Positions 62,045 to 64,000 of a stretch of 64,000 nt of DNA are shown here, one piece after another. The stretch lies in the IMG/VR virus record IMGVR_UViG_3300044701_002547, positions 32,001 through 96,000 of that record, one strand, 5' to 3'. Below the pieces are notes generated by a model. It ran no database searches, was not told the DNA's origin, and saw nothing but the letters and a program-made list of their open reading frames with translations. This DNA comes from a virus. Position 1 is the stretch's first letter. Each line of letters begins with the position of its first letter. Both the position numbers and the translations under genes were made by a program.

Positions 62045-62644
62045 ATGTATCCCTCAATTCTTATTGAAGTTGTTAAGTATTTGAACTCAATCTCCATTGA
62101 TATTACCGAAAGTCATGAAGACGGACGAGTGAATAGTATTGGTGATGAGCAAACAATCATCAATCTTCTCATCAAAAAGTATGGTGATAATATTGAAATT
62201 CCCAAAGCAAGGAGTTGGTGGGATGTAAAAGTATTTGGATATCCTCTCAATATCAAATCTTCCAAGTATGGATCTGCTGCTGATAACTTCTCTTCAAAAG
62301 CAGCAGTTCTATATGCTCTTACCAATCTTCCAGAAGAAAAAGTAAAAGTAACTTCGTGGAAGAAGTTTCAAGACGCTCTTCTCAATCACAGTTCTGAAGA
62401 TAATCATCGGGATTATCATATCTTTTCCCTGAATAAGCAAACCAATCAGGTTCATCTTTCTTCATTGAAGACTCTCAGTAAGATTACTCCTAATGGCAAT
62501 AATCTCCCATTTCAAATCAAGTGGCGTGATAACATTCAACCCGTTCAACGTACTCATAGACAAGCATATGAATTTCTGGTAGAATGCTACAAGGAGTCTG
62601 TTCGACGTAAAATTAGTGCCCACGATGGTTTTGAAGAACTTTGA
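62045..62644 (+). CDS. Putative Type II restriction endonuclease
   Basis: DGRVNS..DE, WWD......NIKS (PD-(D/E)xK-like variant), NGNNLPFQ; overlaps the MTase start. Confidence 0.55.
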   Translation: MYPSILIEVVKYLNSISIDITESHEDGRVNSIGDEQTIINLLIKKYGDNIEIPKARSWWDVKVFGYPLNIKSSKYGSAADNFSSKAAVLYALTNLPEEKVKVTSWKKFQDALLNHSSEDNHRDYHIFSLNKQTNQVHLSSLKTLSKITPNGNNLPFQIKWRDNIQPVQRTHRQAYEFLVECYKESVRRKISAHDGFEEL

Positions 62645-63431
62645 TCTACATCTAGGAGATTGTCTAGAGATAATGGATGAGATTCCAGACGAATCCATTG
62701 ATTTTATTTGCTGTGATCCACCATACGGAACTACTTCTATCAAGTGGGATTCCGTGTTAGATTTCAATAAGATGTGGGAGCAGTATGGAAGAATCATCAA
62801 ACCTAAAGGTATGATCTGTTTGTTTGGTTCTCAACCATTCTCAGCACAACTTATTTGTTCTAAGATTGACTGGTTCAAGTATGAATTGGTCTGGAACAAA
62901 AACAAGTGTGGTTCTCCTGGTCTTGCAAAGTATAGACCTATGAAGACACACGAAAATATTCTTTTGTTTGCAAAGAATGCTGGTGGTACATATAATCCAC
63001 AGATGGAGAAAGGCGAACCATACTCCCGCACCAGTAAGAATCCAGAAGGATATGTTGGTCGCAAAAACGATCACGGATATGGTATGAAACCACGCAAATC
63101 GTTTAGTAATGAAGGAACGCGGTATCCAAAATCTATTTTGAATATTTCCCGCGATTTCAGCGCCCAACAGCAGGTTCATCCAACTCAGAAACCAGTTCCT
63201 CTGCTGGAATGGTTAGTGAAAACTTATTCCGATGAAGAAGAGATTATTCTTGACAATTGTATGGGATCGGGTTCTACTGGAGTTGCTGCTGTCAAGTTGA
63301 ATCGCAGATTTATTGGAATTGAATCTGATCCAGAGTATTATCAGATCGCAAAAGAAAGAATTGAGTCTGCTGTGCCAGTTGAAGAACTGGCACAGTTCCC
63401 CCAGAATCCCCTGCTGGATGCCCTATACTAA
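62625..63431 (+). CDS. N6-adenine/N4-cytosine DNA methyltransferase (beta class)
   Basis: GDCLEIM, DPPY before HPTQKPV.L and ILDNCMGSGSTG. Confidence 0.93.
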   Translation: MVLKNFDLHLGDCLEIMDEIPDESIDFICCDPPYGTTSIKWDSVLDFNKMWEQYGRIIKPKGMICLFGSQPFSAQLICSKIDWFKYELVWNKNKCGSPGLAKYRPMKTHENILLFAKNAGGTYNPQMEKGEPYSRTSKNPEGYVGRKNDHGYGMKPRKSFSNEGTRYPKSILNISRDFSAQQQVHPTQKPVPLLEWLVKTYSDEEEIILDNCMGSGSTGVAAVKLNRRFIGIESDPEYYQIAKERIESAVPVEELAQFPQNPLLDALY

Positions 63432-63454
63432 CAAGGTAATCAACGAAACGCCTC

Positions 63455-63883
63455 ATGGCAACCCGCTCTCGCATTGGTCTTGAACTCTCTGACGGTTCTG
63501 TGCTCTCCGCTTATCATCATTGGGATGGTTATCCCGAATGGTTGGGACGCATTCTGAACACTCATTACAACAGCAAAGATGCTGCTGCCGAACTGATTGA
63601 CGGTGGTGATATGTCTTGCTGCTGGACTGATGAAATTTGGGACGCAAAACGCGATGAGAATGATGATTGCATCGTGAAGAAGTACGGTCCAATGTATTAC
63701 TCCCAAAGGGGCGAAGAATGCCCTCCTCGCCTTGATAACAACATCGGTGAATACCTTTGTGATGGTGAAGAGTATGCCTATCTCTTCCGCAATGGTGAAT
63801 GGGTGTGCTACAATATGAATCAGTTTGAGGATAGCAAACTCCCCGAAATCGTTGAAATCCCCAAAGGAGCACTCGCAGTATGA
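63455..63883 (+). CDS. Hypothetical protein (YHHWDGYP motif)
   Basis: MATRSRIG...SAYHHWDGYPEWLG..L, EEYAYLF..GEW; first gene after palindrome copy 7. Confidence 0.75.
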   Translation: MATRSRIGLELSDGSVLSAYHHWDGYPEWLGRILNTHYNSKDAAAELIDGGDMSCCWTDEIWDAKRDENDDCIVKKYGPMYYSQRGEECPPRLDNNIGEYLCDGEEYAYLFRNGEWVCYNMNQFEDSKLPEIVEIPKGALAV

Positions 63884-64000
63884 TTAACTTCATTTCTGGA
63901 ACCATCTTTGGTATTATTGTTGCAACGATTGGATTCACTCCAGTTGCTGGTGCCCTAGATGGTATGATGCTCAACCTACAGAAAACTACTGTAGAAATGA

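Larger units (their letters stand above)
46109..63429 (+). repeat. Seven dispersed copies of a 22-bp imperfect palindrome (ideal GTGCCAGTT-N4-AACTGGCAC), each 30-31 nt upstream of a -10 box
   Basis: Copies start at 46109, 49381, 51564, 53670, 56184, 61965, 63372; -10 hexamers start at 46162, 49434, 51616, 53723, 56236, 62018, 63424. Confidence 0.9.

Noticed and set aside
46109-63429. Palindromes as integron attC sites
   Set aside because: Too short, lack the RYYYAAC...GTTRRRY arrangement, and no integrase in the window; the fixed distance to -10 boxes favours a promoter role.

Overview
64 kb from a T4-like cyanomyovirus (Kyanoviridae-like). Evidence: T4 core genes gp33, gp59, gp32, gp53, gp48, gp4, gp26, gp51 and gp5, plus the cyanophage markers cp12, thyX, phoH and a glutamine-riboswitch/DUF4278 unit. 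Layout: (1) 1-13.5 kb, repeat and collagen-like fibre genes with a 2OG-Fe(II) oxygenase/glycosyltransferase/methyltransferase cluster; (2) 13.5-21.7 kb, small genes, a nitrogen-sensing module, replication genes and a Mom-like DNA modifier; (3) 21.7-46.1 kb, baseplate/tail genes, a GIY-YIG homing endonuclease and three tRNAs; (4) 46.1-64 kb, an accessory region of small ORFs punctuated by seven copies of a 22-bp palindrome tied to -10 boxes, ending with cp12 and a probable restriction-modification pair. Most notable: a phage tRNA-Leu(UAA) split by a 198-nt group I intron; an NtcA box, tandem Gln riboswitch and IF-like peptide unit; a -1 frameshift signal linking gp26 to gp51; the palindrome-bounded cassettes; a remnant gp4 5' end beside the homing endonuclease; and several orphan antitoxin-like domains. 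All family calls come from motif recognition by eye; no database searches were run.
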